Shown: positions 1 through 9,571 of the stretch, one piece after another
Numbering within the stretch: position 1 is the stretch's first letter
Layout of the letters: every line of letters starts with the position of its first letter
From: a virus
Lineage: Duplodnaviria > Caudoviricetes
Virus record (IMG/VR): IMGVR_UViG_3300034025_000136
Coordinates: 1-31,121 of that record
Direction: 5' to 3' (one strand)
Length of the DNA stretch: 31,121 nt
Notes under the pieces: generated by a model
Told to the model about the DNA's origin: nothing
Database searches by the model: none
The model's input: the letters and a program-made list of their open reading frames with translations, nothing else
Translations under genes and position numbers: made by a program

Positions 1-912
1 TTAAAAGCCTACCCACATTCTGAAGGCCAAAACCAAATACGGTGGCCGGTTTTCGTGTGGCCGGTCATCACCTGTTGGGTCGATAGCGTGAGTATGCCAA
101 CCCGTTGATTCTGTCTGTCTAACTTGGGTTTCAAGCTTTGTTCGTCTTTTATTGTTTCCAGCGTCTACCGTTGATTCTTCAGCGGGAAAAGTATCTACGT
201 AGCTGTGCGAGTGGCTGCCCGCCTGTTGCTCAGTGTGGGTGTGGTAGGGCATTTGTTCAACTGTCAATTGAACTTCCTTCAGGCCACCCATTTTGCGTGT
301 GGCGTTGTAATCAGTACCCAATGCTCCATCTGAGCTGAAGCCAACGGGAAAGCGGCCACCCATATTGGGTGTGCCGTTGTTTCCGTTGCACAGTGCCCAG
401 CCAAAAGAATTGGTGCCATACTTGCCACGGCCGGTGCTATCCCATTCGGGCGGGAAGTCAGCCACCATACCTATTTCGTTTACTTGGCGAAACAGGGCTT
501 CACGGGCCTTGGAAACGCGCAAAACGCCTTCAGCCTTCACCAATACTTTGTCACCGGGGTTAGCCGCATCAAACGGCCGTGACAGCACTAGCGCTTCACC
601 CATTGTTTCCTTGCTGCCGCCCGTTTGGTAGGCGCGAAGCTCAGTAATGGTGAACGGCCCCGTGTATAGCTCTAGCGGCAATGCCACATCAGACACGCCC
701 TCAAAACGGCGAATCTCACCATCCAAATAGACCAAGCCAGATGCTACATCATAATTACCACCTGAAGCGGCGGTAACATCACAGCCACACACCACACAGG
801 CTGGCAAGCCCAGAAGTTGACCGTTTATGGCATAGTAGATTTCGTCCTGCATGGTGACAAAATCATCATTGTTCAGGGGGCGGCCCCCGTCTTTATATAG
901 AGTGTGTTTCAT
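1..912 (-). CDS. Tail fibre / tail-collar domain protein
   Basis: GWALCNGNNGTPNMGGRFPVG, MGGLKEVQLTVEQMPYHTH, repeated HxH motifs and C-terminal HENRPPYLVLAF typical of tail-collar fibres; last gene after baseplate genes. Confidence 0.85.
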   Translation of the reverse strand: MKHTLYKDGGRPLNNDDFVTMQDEIYYAINGQLLGLPACVVCGCDVTAASGGNYDVASGLVYLDGEIRRFEGVSDVALPLELYTGPFTITELRAYQTGGSKETMGEALVLSRPFDAANPGDKVLVKAEGVLRVSKAREALFRQVNEIGMVADFPPEWDSTGRGKYGTNSFGWALCNGNNGTPNMGGRFPVGFSSDGALGTDYNATRKMGGLKEVQLTVEQMPYHTHTEQQAGSHSHSYVDTFPAEESTVDAGNNKRRTKLETQVRQTESTGWHTHAIDPTGDDRPHENRPPYLVLAFRMWVGF

Positions 913-913
913 T

Positions 914-1417
914 TTAGACGTACTGAATGCGGTATTTGACCATTGCCAATTTCAATTGGCCAATTCGAGCTTTTAAGGCGGGTTCTTGGGGCCTGAGTGA
1001 AGCCGGGCACCTAACCACAAAGCCAACTTGGCTGGCTAGTTCTACTGTGCCGTAAAGCACAAAGTGCGGGGGTGACTCGGTGGTAAATTTTGTGTACTTC
1101 TCAGCCTCTTCTTCTGCCACGAAATTCACGTAAACAGCTTCAAAGCTGGCATCTTGGCTGATAATGCGAATGCGAGCTAAAACGGGGTCAAAAAGGTCGT
1201 TTAAAGCCCGCTGAAAGCTTAGCGTTTGGCCGTTGTAGCTCAGTTCGCGGCGGGCCTTCGCTTGGAAGGCCACAAAGCCAGCATAGAGCGTGGCCACAGG
1301 CATCAGCAGCGCGTTCAGGTAGGCTTTCAGCTTGGGTTTGCGTAGCAAGCTGGGTAGCAAGCCCACCACCAGCGCTTCAAGGTCGAAACGGTAGCGTAGG
1401 GGCGTTTTAGTTGCCAT
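914..1417 (-). CDS. Baseplate wedge protein (P2 gpI / Mu gp48-like)
   Basis: Directly downstream of the J-like gene; LLPSLLRKP...YNGQTLSFQRALNDLFD; start moved to ATG 1417 (MATKTP), overlapping the upstream stop. Confidence 0.7.
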   Translation of the reverse strand: MATKTPLRYRFDLEALVVGLLPSLLRKPKLKAYLNALLMPVATLYAGFVAFQAKARRELSYNGQTLSFQRALNDLFDPVLARIRIISQDASFEAVYVNFVAEEEAEKYTKFTTESPPHFVLYGTVELASQVGFVVRCPASLRPQEPALKARIGQLKLAMVKYRIQYV

Positions 1418-2234
1418 AAGGAACGAAAGTGAGGGTGTCGAGGAAACCCGCGCCCGTGGCCGTGTCTTCAATGATGTAGCCCGCTTGGGTTTCGTGCACC
1501 CGAGTCACCAACACGGGGGCGAGCTGCCCACTACGGGCCGAAACCTTGGCCAACAGCACATCTTTCACACCGGGCACCGACTGAATAGCATCTTCAATGC
1601 GCGCTTTGAACACTTGGCCATCAAATTCCAGATTGAGCAAGTAGTTCTGAATAGCAGCTTTCACGGCTGCTTTCAGCGTGGGCAAATCCAAAAGCGGGTT
1701 GTAGTGCACTTCACCCACCACCTTCAGCAAATCGGCATCACGGGACACCAGCACTATTCGAGTGCCAGGGTAGCGGATTTCATTCAGGAAGCCGAACACC
1801 TGTGTTTGCTCAGGCACAGTGAGCGCGCGAAGGCCACCGGGCGCGGCGGCATCGGTGGTGGCCACTTTGATGAATAGTTGGCCCGTGGCCGCGTTCTCTT
1901 TGGCGGTGGCTTGCGTCACCAGCTTCAGGCCAGTCGAGTCAGCCGGGTAGTGGATGCCTTCGTCATCAACCAACAGAGTGTCGCCAAGCTGAAATTTCTT
2001 TACTTGGTCGGCATACCATTTGGTTGTTCCCGGCTTGGCCCGTGCTAAGGCGGCTTCTACGTCGGATAAATGACGGTCAAAGATGTTTTCGTGTACCCAA
2101 AGCACGGTGGCCACCACGTAAGCAATCAGCCGGAAGATTGACACGGCTGAAGGGCTGGTGAGCTGCGCCAGCTCAGGCTTGGCGGCAATAGCATCCAAGA
2201 TGCTCTGATAAATGACGGGTATCGTTCTGGCCAT
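1407..2234 (-). CDS. Baseplate J-like protein
   Basis: MARTI...SAVSIFRLIAYVVA...GTTKWY; C-terminal AIQNYLLNLEFDG...IEDAIQSVPGVKDV; start moved to ATG 2234. Confidence 0.8.
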   Translation of the reverse strand: MARTIPVIYQSILDAIAAKPELAQLTSPSAVSIFRLIAYVVATVLWVHENIFDRHLSDVEAALARAKPGTTKWYADQVKKFQLGDTLLVDDEGIHYPADSTGLKLVTQATAKENAATGQLFIKVATTDAAAPGGLRALTVPEQTQVFGFLNEIRYPGTRIVLVSRDADLLKVVGEVHYNPLLDLPTLKAAVKAAIQNYLLNLEFDGQVFKARIEDAIQSVPGVKDVLLAKVSARSGQLAPVLVTRVHETQAGYIIEDTATGAGFLDTLTFVPYGN

Positions 2235-2238
2235 TGAT

Positions 2239-2868
2239 TTAAGCAGAAAACAAAGTGGGAAGTGCGCCAACTACTTTGGCGTGATAACCATTGCCGGAAG
2301 TGTCAGGTACAAAATAATTTCCTTGGCCATCGGGGAAAATTTGGCTGAAGTCGTACTTCGCCAAAATGCCCGATTCGGGCAAATAGCCAGTTGTGTCCGA
2401 CGTTTCTTGCCCGTTCCAAAGTCTACCGTAAACGGTGACTTCCGACATATCATGGGCCACCAAGAATTCAGTTTGCGAGTAGCGGCAAGCCAAATAAAAG
2501 TTAGAATCTAATCCGGCTTCCAAATACACTTTACGCCACACGTTACCACTCAAATCGGCCAAGCCGGAAGCGGCGAAAATGGCCGTATCACCGTTCACAC
2601 GCAGCAAATTCAAATTGGCAAAGCCGCTCGAATACCAATAAGCATTGTACCCTTCGCGGTTGTCAAACAAAAATTGGCTGACACCATTGCCGTTCGTGAA
2701 ACCGCTGCCACGAATGAAGAAAGCAATGGACTGCGCACCAGGAATAACCGGAAATAGATAAGCCGTTTGCCCGATGCTGTGCGCAAAACTTCTAAGCCTT
2801 TCCGTGACTTCCAAAATGCCACCATTAGGGCCAAAAATCAAATCTCCTGAAGCGGAATGAAAATACAT
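2239..2868 (-). CDS. Putative tail-associated beta-sandwich (LamG/concanavalin-like) protein
   Basis: Aromatic/Gly-rich beta pattern ending LAKYDF...VPDTSGNGYHA, resembling LamG-like C-termini; lies in the tail module. Confidence 0.5.
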   Translation of the reverse strand: MYFHSASGDLIFGPNGGILEVTERLRSFAHSIGQTAYLFPVIPGAQSIAFFIRGSGFTNGNGVSQFLFDNREGYNAYWYSSGFANLNLLRVNGDTAIFAASGLADLSGNVWRKVYLEAGLDSNFYLACRYSQTEFLVAHDMSEVTVYGRLWNGQETSDTTGYLPESGILAKYDFSQIFPDGQGNYFVPDTSGNGYHAKVVGALPTLFSA

Positions 2869-2874
2869 AAGTGC

Positions 2875-4086
2875 TTAAGTTGTAAGGTAGCGGTTCACCG
2901 AACCTTGGCCATTTGTGGAGTAAAGAGCGCCGCGCAAGCTTGCGCTAGCATACCGCTCGTGAATGGCCCGGTGATTAGTCGTCAAAGCAGGCCCGGTATA
3001 TTGGTTTGTCGCGTTTGACCAATAATTGTCATTCTCGATGTGGTTAATGTCAACCACCGTGAATCCTTCAAAATATTTGACTTCAGTGAGCGGCAATACC
3101 ACATTTTTATTGGTGGCATCGGGAAGCAATGGATTGCCATTAGTGCCAATGGAAATGCTCTTCACCGTGCCCCCACTTGCCGATTTGGAATTCACTTCGT
3201 TCAGGGCGGAAACGAAATCGGCTTTGGCTGTAGTGGTTAGATAAGCCAGGTCACCCGTGGTTTTCCGCACCCCAGCAACCGAGGGAACAGCCGTGGTGCT
3301 GTTGCTGCTCAAATCTTGCTCAGGAACAATGGTGGTGCCCGCCGAAATGGTTTTATATGAACCATCATTGGCCAAGTACTTAGTACCGTCCCCCGAACTG
3401 GTGAGCGTCACCCCATTGGTGCTGCCACCCGTGCCAGTGGTGTTCGTCACGGGGTCGGGCGAGGTAAAGCGCAACCGCCAAACGCCGTTGGCGGGTGTCA
3501 CGGGGTCGGCACCGGCACTGTCATAAATGGCCAGCTTGGTTGCGCTAATGGTGTGAAACCATGCGTCACCTTCGGGGGCAAGCTCCGTGCTGGGTGCGTA
3601 GGATTCAAAGCGGTTTTTGCTGCCCACGGTCCCGTCTTCTCCATCACGTCCCTTCAGGCTTTCGAGGTAGGTAGCCATTGAACCCACGTTGCCCGCTGCC
3701 AACCACACTTCATAGGCTGATTTCCCATCAGTGCCATTGGTCACGGTGTAGTCAATGCCTAGCACGGGCGTCCGGCCATTTCGACCGGGCTTGCCATCAA
3801 GACCATCCTTGCCGCGCAACACCACCACTAAATCCCAATCACCGTTTTCTTTGAAGTAGAAATCAGATGTGGTGGAATCTAAATAGGCATCACCTTCAAT
3901 GCCTTTAGCCGCATCAGGAATACCCGCACCGTGAAGGATTTTAGCACCACGGGCCAAGCCTTCCAAAAAGGCCACGGCATCTGCTACGCCCGTGAGCACG
4001 GCCCGAGCATTAGCCGCAGTGTTTTTGCGACCAGTGACAAAATTGTCTCCTGTCAGCGTGTTAATCAAATCAGCCCAAATACCCAT
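2875..4086 (-). CDS. Tail fibre-like protein with collagen-like segment
   Basis: GKDGLDGKPGRNGRTPVLGIDY, GKSAYEVWLAAGNVG, GDGTKYLANDGSYK and LTTTAKADFVSALNEV are phage fibre motifs. Confidence 0.7.
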   Translation of the reverse strand: MGIWADLINTLTGDNFVTGRKNTAANARAVLTGVADAVAFLEGLARGAKILHGAGIPDAAKGIEGDAYLDSTTSDFYFKENGDWDLVVVLRGKDGLDGKPGRNGRTPVLGIDYTVTNGTDGKSAYEVWLAAGNVGSMATYLESLKGRDGEDGTVGSKNRFESYAPSTELAPEGDAWFHTISATKLAIYDSAGADPVTPANGVWRLRFTSPDPVTNTTGTGGSTNGVTLTSSGDGTKYLANDGSYKTISAGTTIVPEQDLSSNSTTAVPSVAGVRKTTGDLAYLTTTAKADFVSALNEVNSKSASGGTVKSISIGTNGNPLLPDATNKNVVLPLTEVKYFEGFTVVDINHIENDNYWSNATNQYTGPALTTNHRAIHERYASASLRGALYSTNGQGSVNRYLTT

Positions 4087-4088
4087 TT

Positions 4089-4391
4089 CTAGAAAAAGTC
4101 AGTAGGTGTAAAATCATTTTCGTCCCAATCATTTAATTCATCTTCTTCCAGCTCGGGCACCGGAACAAGGTTGGTCGTGTTCACCGTCACGTTCTTTTCC
4201 TTCAGGAACCTCACCAGCTCAGGATTCACGGCCAATTCATTTGGCACCTTCAGCACTTGGCCAGCGGCCACCGTGTCTGTGATTGCAAGCCCGTTGGCAT
4301 CAGCCAGCACATACAGTGCATCGGTGCCACCAAGTAGCCAAAGCGAAACGTCAAGCAAGCTTTGGCCTTCAGATACCCTTATTTCAAGCAT
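4089..4391 (-). CDS. LysM-like baseplate protein (P2 gpX-like)
   Basis: VSEGQSLLDVSL...LADANGLAITDTVAAGQVLKVP is a LysM-fold pattern. Confidence 0.75.
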   Translation of the reverse strand: MLEIRVSEGQSLLDVSLWLLGGTDALYVLADANGLAITDTVAAGQVLKVPNELAVNPELVRFLKEKNVTVNTTNLVPVPELEEDELNDWDENDFTPTDFF

Positions 4392-4689
4392 TGTCCTTGT
4401 AGTAAGCCTGTAGGTTCAAATCACCGTTGGTGGCCAGCCCAAGTGCCGTGACGTTCTGGCCATCCAATTCCATTTGCTCTTGGATTTCGGCCACCACCAC
4501 GCCACCCGGCGCGTCATCATTCAGCAGCGAGCGAATGCCCACACCCACGTAAGGAGTGCGGCGCCAATCACCCTTTTCCGAAAGCAGCAAGTGCCGTTGG
4601 TGCTGTTCCGTCGATTCGCCTATTTCGAGGTCACCTCCGCGAATCATCAAATCATCATCGGCATCAGTGAGCAAGTCAAAAACCTTCAT
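4384..4689 (-). CDS. Baseplate wedge / sheath initiator (gp25/GPW-like)
   Basis: DLMIRGGDLEIGES...KGDWRRTPYVGVGI pattern; size and position. Confidence 0.7.
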   Translation of the reverse strand: MKVFDLLTDADDDLMIRGGDLEIGESTEQHQRHLLLSEKGDWRRTPYVGVGIRSLLNDDAPGGVVVAEIQEQMELDGQNVTALGLATNGDLNLQAYYKDNA

Positions 4690-4904
4690 GTCAGCTTGCC
4701 ATTGAGTAGTTGGCCCGTTTGTGCGGCGGCCGTTCCCGTGGTGTTTACTGTGCCCGTTGGGGTGGCCGAAAGCACCAAAGCGGCCACTAAGTCTGTGACT
4801 CCATCACAGTACTTATCCAAGTAGGCTTCCTCATCTTCTTCAGAATTGAGTCTTATAAGGAGTCCCTTTAAACCATCTTTAAAGGCCGGTTTATTTAGTG
4901 CCAT
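4686..4904 (-). CDS. Small baseplate-module protein (possible spike tip)
   Basis: 72 aa, coupled to the spike gene; T/G-rich C-terminus. Confidence 0.5.
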   Translation of the reverse strand: MALNKPAFKDGLKGLLIRLNSEEDEEAYLDKYCDGVTDLVAALVLSATPTGTVNTTGTAAAQTGQLLNGKLT

Positions 4905-5353
4905 TATTCGTGTAGTAGGTTGTCGAGGCGTGAAGACAAATTGGAGAATTCAAGGGCGTTTACTAGTTGCACTGTAGGGCCACCCGCAGCCGTTAAAAAC
5001 TTCATCCGGCCAATAGCGGCGAACGTGTCCTTCAGTATGGCTTTCAGACTTTCGTTCTCGGTGGCCACGGTCAGCAGTTTGGCCGAACTGGCTTGCACCA
5101 GGGCGGCGGTATCTTGGTCGAGCATCAGCACCACCACCTTTGCGCCCTTGGCCGGAATCACGGTGAAGCCCGTGGCCTTCCCGTCGATTTCCACGGCGCG
5201 CAGCAGCACACCCGGTAGTTCGGCCCCTTCGTCATCGGGGTCAACGTCGCAAGTGAGGGTCTTTAGGTTCACGGCCGTTACCGTGCCCGTTTTGATGGGG
5301 TGCGGTTGGTCAGTCAGGGACCGCAATTTTTGAAAGGCAGTTTCCAGACTCAT
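4904..5353 (-). CDS. Baseplate spike protein (gpV / Mu gp45-like OB fold)
   Basis: GTVTAVN...TCDV...IPAKGAKVVV OB-fold pattern, following the hub gene. Confidence 0.7.
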   Translation of the reverse strand: MSLETAFQKLRSLTDQPHPIKTGTVTAVNLKTLTCDVDPDDEGAELPGVLLRAVEIDGKATGFTVIPAKGAKVVVLMLDQDTAALVQASSAKLLTVATENESLKAILKDTFAAIGRMKFLTAAGGPTVQLVNALEFSNLSSRLDNLLHE

Positions 5354-6348
5354 AGCAGGGCGCGTTTACCAAGTTCTACCGTGCGGCGGAAGCCTTCAGG
5401 GCCAAAGCTGGTGTTCACCGAATCGACTAAGTAGCGGCCCGAGCGTTGGGGGTGCAGCTCGTCATTCAGTTCGGCAATGCCCGAGTGAATCACGTAAGGC
5501 ACCCCGAAGCTGGTGAGCTTGCCCCGGTAACCATCGTACTTGAATTCGGAAAGCTTCTGCACAGCCAGGCGCTTCAGCTCAGCCTTGTCAGTGGTTTCGG
5601 TGCGAAGAATGATGGTGCGTTCTTCCCCGTCTACATCACCCACGTCGGGCACCGTGGTTTTCTTTCCGTTCTTGTGGTAAGCCACCACCTTTGCTTTGAT
5701 GCGCACGTCTTCTGTGCGTTTGTAAGTCAAATCATCGGTGATGACGTTTTGCTGAAAACCGTACTTGGCCACCGAGCCTTCAGGCCCGTTGGTGCTGGTG
5801 AATTCGGTGTAGGGCAAGCCCACGAACAAGCGGCCGTTTCGGAAGTAGGCGCACACCAAGTAGTTTTCCTTAATCTTCTGTAGCACGTTGGCCACGGTGG
5901 TTCTATCGGCGCGGAAAGCTTCAATGGCCAGCGTGGGCACCGAGTCGGAAAGCTTCACGTTCGGCACCAGCTCAGCCAGCAGCTTTTTCAGGGTGGTGTT
6001 TTTGAACGTCTTATTGACGGGGCTGCGCTTCAGCTTCCAATATTCATCCTCACACCGGATTTCAAACGGAATGCTCAGCTTGATTTCAGCCACGTAGCCT
6101 TCAAACTCGGTGCGTAGCTCACCATCGTAGCCCAGCTCAACCTTCACCCGGTCACCCACCTTCACCACGTCTTCAACCTTCACCCGGTCACCCAAGCTCC
6201 CGTCTGGGTTTTCCACTTGCGCAATCCCATAGAGCTTCACCGTAGCCGAATCACCCAAGGTTTTCCAAGATGATTCGGCTTCGTAGCCGCTCACCTTGGT
6301 ATAAACCAGGTCACCCACGGTCACTTTGCAGGTAAGTAAAAGACTCAT
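5350..6348 (-). CDS. Baseplate hub protein (P2 gpD / Mu gp44-like)
   Basis: GDRVKVELGYDG...EFEGYV...IRCED; YDGYRGKLTSFGVP; GRYLVDSVNTSFG...GFRRTVELG. Confidence 0.8.
   Translation of the reverse strand: MSLLLTCKVTVGDLVYTKVSGYEAESSWKTLGDSATVKLYGIAQVENPDGSLGDRVKVEDVVKVGDRVKVELGYDGELRTEFEGYVAEIKLSIPFEIRCEDEYWKLKRSPVNKTFKNTTLKKLLAELVPNVKLSDSVPTLAIEAFRADRTTVANVLQKIKENYLVCAYFRNGRLFVGLPYTEFTSTNGPEGSVAKYGFQQNVITDDLTYKRTEDVRIKAKVVAYHKNGKKTTVPDVGDVDGEERTIILRTETTDKAELKRLAVQKLSEFKYDGYRGKLTSFGVPYVIHSGIAELNDELHPQRSGRYLVDSVNTSFGPEGFRRTVELGKRALL
6137..6194. repeat. 22-bp direct repeat (period 36) inside the hub gene
   Basis: tcaaccttcacccggtcaccca at 6137-6158 and 6173-6194, encoding GDRVKVE twice. Confidence 0.85.
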
Positions 6349-6941
6349 TTGCGGATTAGTTTGGCCACCGAGCTTTCATCAGACACGGCGTTGATTTCGT
6401 AGTAAAAGCTTCCCGATTCGCCGGGCACAGGTGGAAAGGTTATGTCCTCAATCACACACCGGGTGATGTTGAAATAGCTGAGCAACTGGCATTGGCAGGA
6501 CACATCTTTATTGATTTTCCACAGCCGGGCAAGGGTGCGCATCCATTCTTCCGGGTAGTCATCGGGCACCAGCCCACCGGCATCCCGGTAGCGTTCGGCC
6601 ACCTCCCGAACGGCCCGGCCTTTGATGCTGATTTTGTAGTCATCTTCCCCAATCATTTCCTTCACCGTGCCATTGCCACCGGCTATTGGGGTCTTCACAA
6701 TCACCTTTGAGCCACTGAGCGTGATTAGCGGTTCGTTGGGCAACCACACGTCATCGAGCTTCAGCCGGAAGTACATGGGGTTGCCCAGCAGGTGAGCAGG
6801 CGGGGGCGTGAATTCGGCCGGTGTGTTGACCTCTTCACTGCCCCCGCGAAGCACCTTGGGGAACGGCACCAGCAACGGGTTTCCGAGGCCGGTGAAAATG
6901 TTGGCATTGAAGCCAGCGGGCTTGTTGGTTCTTTCCTCCAT
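6345..6941 (-). CDS. Tail tube initiator-type protein (DUF6046-like)
   Basis: PLITLSGSKVIVKTPIAGGNGTVKEMIGEDDYKISIKG; immediately after the tape measure. Confidence 0.7.
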   Translation of the reverse strand: MEERTNKPAGFNANIFTGLGNPLLVPFPKVLRGGSEEVNTPAEFTPPPAHLLGNPMYFRLKLDDVWLPNEPLITLSGSKVIVKTPIAGGNGTVKEMIGEDDYKISIKGRAVREVAERYRDAGGLVPDDYPEEWMRTLARLWKINKDVSCQCQLLSYFNITRCVIEDITFPPVPGESGSFYYEINAVSDESSVAKLIRK

Positions 6942-8899
6942 TACGCTATGCCCACTCCTTGGCTTACGCCGTTAATCACCCGTTCCAAAGCCTCTTCAAA
7001 TAGCTTCACCGCATCGTTTGCGTTCTCGGTCATGTTCTGGGTGTAGAAGTTCACCGAGTCCTGAAACTTGCCAATCGTAATGTTCACGGTGGTTGGCTTG
7101 CTGCCACCGCTGGCCACCTTGTCGGCTTTCATCTTCACGGCCTTTCCACCGGCCCCGATTGCCTGAGCTTTGCCACCAGCAGTCGCAAACGGGTCTTCTT
7201 TCGGCCCGGCCACCATCAGCTTTGCGTCAATGTTGCCCACCTTCATAGTGCCCAGGCCCAGGTAGGGCGCTATGGTATCCCATAGCCCTTTGAACTTGCC
7301 CACCAAGCTTTTTGCGAAGCTGGTGACCCTATCCCAAAGGCCCGTGAACCATTTTTCAAGACTTGGAAACAGCTCAAAAGCGCCTTTAACCAGCCAGTAA
7401 AAAGGGCTAAGCTTCAGCAGCGTTTGGGTTAGGTTCCACATCCACCCCTTCAGCACGTCCCAATTTGCCATGATAGCCCACACCGCGCCAGCCACCAAAG
7501 CCAGCCCGGCCACCACCAATCCAATTGGGTTGGCACTCATAGCGGCGTTCAATGCCCACTGAGCAACGGTAGCACCTAGCAGACTTCCCGAGAAGCTGAT
7601 AAGCCCGAGAACGCCCGTGCTGACCATCAACCCAAGATTCTTCAGCATGCTCAGGCCCGAAGCAGTCTGAGCGAAAACGAACTTCCAAATGGCAGGAACC
7701 ACGGCCATAAAGCCAGTGCCCACCATCTGAAGCAAGGGTATCATTTGCGACACCATCACGGCCGCTTTCGCGGAACCTTGAATGAAGCCCAAATAGGGTT
7801 CAGTGGCTTGGAAAACCGAGATTCCAAGATTCTCCCATAGTGCTTTCGCCCTGTCCATCCGACCGGCGTGGGTGTCCATGATGATGCGGGCGGCGTCGGT
7901 GGCCGCGTTGGTGCCGGTGATGGCAGTTTGGTAGGTGAGCATGGCACCCGTGCCCCGAAGCAAGATGTTGGCGGCGTTGGAATTCTCAGTACCAAACAGC
8001 TTGGTCACCAAAGCCGAATCACCCTGAATTTTCTTCAGCTCAGTCAGTCGAGCGGCAAAGCTTTTGGACTTATCACCCAGCGTGGCAATGTTCACACCCG
8101 CGGCCTTCAGTTCGGTTTGCACCTCTTTTGGCAAGAACCGACCTTCGCCCAGCTTGCCCAGCACGTTCCGCAAAGCGGTGCCGGCTTCAGCTCCTTTCAG
8201 GCCACCTTGTGCAAGCACCTGAATAGCGGCGTTTGTCTCAATGAACGACACCCGAGCACCCGAAGCAGCCACACCAGCCACGCGAATAGCGGCGGCTATA
8301 TCGGGCACTTCAGCCGCACCCGCGTTGGCACCGGCTGCCATTACGTTCATGGCCGTAGTCATTGCCTTAGCGGCCGTGACGGGGTTTTTCAAGTCCACAT
8401 TGAATTGCTGAAGGGACGTGGTAAGCGCCTTCATTGAACCCACTGAATCACCCTTCATCGATTTAGCCAGGATGCCAACGGAAGCACCCATGCTGGCCAT
8501 TGCGGCTTTATTGGTAGCCATTTGCGGCCCCAGCTCACCCAAAATACCCTTGTAGCTTTCAATGTTGTCGGCCGCACTGCCACCGAGCATCAGTGACATA
8601 TCCCGGCCCTGCATCCCCAAGCTTTGCAAATCCTTGCCCGTCTGGCCAGTCAAGGCCGATAAATCAGCCAAGCTTTGTTGAAACTTGACTCCCGGTTCTA
8701 TTGCTGAATTTAGCGTGTTCGCGGCCGTGCTTATGCCCTGAGCGGCTTGGTTAGCCAGCATCATGCCCACGGCTAGTGACTTGGCACCGGCTTTGGCCTT
8801 GTCGAAAACACCAGACATTTTCTCAGCCTTCTGCAAAATCTGTTGCATTGGGCCACTGGCTTTGTCCACCAGATTCAAAACCCACTGATAAGCTCTCAT
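6941..8899 (-). CDS. Phage tail tape measure protein
   Basis: 652 aa Ala/Gly-rich helical protein; GLKGAEAGTALRN, LFGTEN, ANPIGLVVAGLA motifs; after the chaperones. Confidence 0.92.
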   Translation of the reverse strand: MRAYQWVLNLVDKASGPMQQILQKAEKMSGVFDKAKAGAKSLAVGMMLANQAAQGISTAANTLNSAIEPGVKFQQSLADLSALTGQTGKDLQSLGMQGRDMSLMLGGSAADNIESYKGILGELGPQMATNKAAMASMGASVGILAKSMKGDSVGSMKALTTSLQQFNVDLKNPVTAAKAMTTAMNVMAAGANAGAAEVPDIAAAIRVAGVAASGARVSFIETNAAIQVLAQGGLKGAEAGTALRNVLGKLGEGRFLPKEVQTELKAAGVNIATLGDKSKSFAARLTELKKIQGDSALVTKLFGTENSNAANILLRGTGAMLTYQTAITGTNAATDAARIIMDTHAGRMDRAKALWENLGISVFQATEPYLGFIQGSAKAAVMVSQMIPLLQMVGTGFMAVVPAIWKFVFAQTASGLSMLKNLGLMVSTGVLGLISFSGSLLGATVAQWALNAAMSANPIGLVVAGLALVAGAVWAIMANWDVLKGWMWNLTQTLLKLSPFYWLVKGAFELFPSLEKWFTGLWDRVTSFAKSLVGKFKGLWDTIAPYLGLGTMKVGNIDAKLMVAGPKEDPFATAGGKAQAIGAGGKAVKMKADKVASGGSKPTTVNITIGKFQDSVNFYTQNMTENANDAVKLFEEALERVINGVSQGVGIA

Positions 8900-8914
8900 G
8901 CTGGTTTAAAATTG

Positions 8915-8947
8915 AAAAGGCACCCACTTACTGGGTGGGTGCCTTTT
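8915..8947. terminator. Terminator-like hairpin between chaperone and tape measure genes
   Basis: aaaaggcacccac-7nt-gtgggtgcctttt; on the minus strand it is followed by CAATTTT; the loop holds the TAA of the frameshift ORF. Confidence 0.7.
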
Positions 8948-9128
8948 GTGAATTGTTTGCTTCCGCTTCTTTCGTCCGAACCCACTCTAAGTCGGCATAC
9001 ATTTCAGCCCACTTCTCATCGGTGAGGTTGTCCACGTCCGCTGGTGACATTCGGAAGTAGTAGCGGATTTGCGCGTTTACTATTCGGATGAAGCTGGTTT
9101 GCGCGGTGATTTCCGCTTCATCAATTAG
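8928..9128 (-). CDS. Tail assembly chaperone C-terminal extension (gpGT-like), reached by -1 frameshift
   Basis: Open -1 frame after A AAA AAC: LIDEAEITAQTSFIRIVNAQIRYYFRMSPADVDNLTDEKWAEMYADLEWVRTKEAEANNSQKAPTQ*; absent from the ORF track. Confidence 0.85.
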   Translation of the reverse strand, partial: LIDEAEITAQTSFIRIVNAQIRYYFRMSPADVDNLTDEKWAEMYADLEWVRTKEAEANNSQKAPTQ

Positions 9129-9571
9129 TTTTTTAGTGTCGCAACCTTGCTGGTGATGATTTCATCAACCCGTTGCGAAACGGCGTGGTACAACTCGTCA
9201 TCTTCGGCCATTTCCTGAATGAAATTCAGTTGGCAGTTGGAGAAAATGACTTTCACATACTGGCTGACCTTTTTGGTCTTCATCAGCACGTCATTGGCCG
9301 CTTCCACAATCGAGCGGGGCGGGTGTTTGAAGCACACCAGCTTTCCATCTACTTCCACCACCTTGATTTTGCGGCCGTGCTCCCGAGCCCACAAGCCAAG
9401 TTGGTATTCGGTGGGATTGCCATCCTTGTCCGTCAGGGCGGGGGCAGTCGAGGCGGGCGAACCAGCAAAGGAGTTGGCCACGGCGGCGGCTTCGGTGTTG
9501 CCGGTGGCGCTGGTGAATGGGTGGGTGTGAGCGCCAGCGTTGGCGGAATCAAGCGTATTCAGATTGTCCAT
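9125..9571 (-). CDS. Tail assembly chaperone (lambda gpG-like)
   Basis: Between tube and tape measure; ends CTA AAA AAC TAA (slippery site); start moved to ATG 9571. Confidence 0.8.
   Translation of the reverse strand: MDNLNTLDSANAGAHTHPFTSATGNTEAAAVANSFAGSPASTAPALTDKDGNPTEYQLGLWAREHGRKIKVVEVDGKLVCFKHPPRSIVEAANDVLMKTKKVSQYVKVIFSNCQLNFIQEMAEDDELYHAVSQRVDEIITSKVATLKN

Noticed and set aside
3446-3509. 13-bp direct repeat gtcacggggtcgg
   Set aside because: Only two copies, encoding DPVT within the fibre gene; not CRISPR-like or an att site
1-4086. Diversity-generating retroelement or invertible fibre cassette
   Set aside because: No reverse transcriptase, invertase or TR/VR repeat pair seen by eye in the window; one could lie beyond position 1
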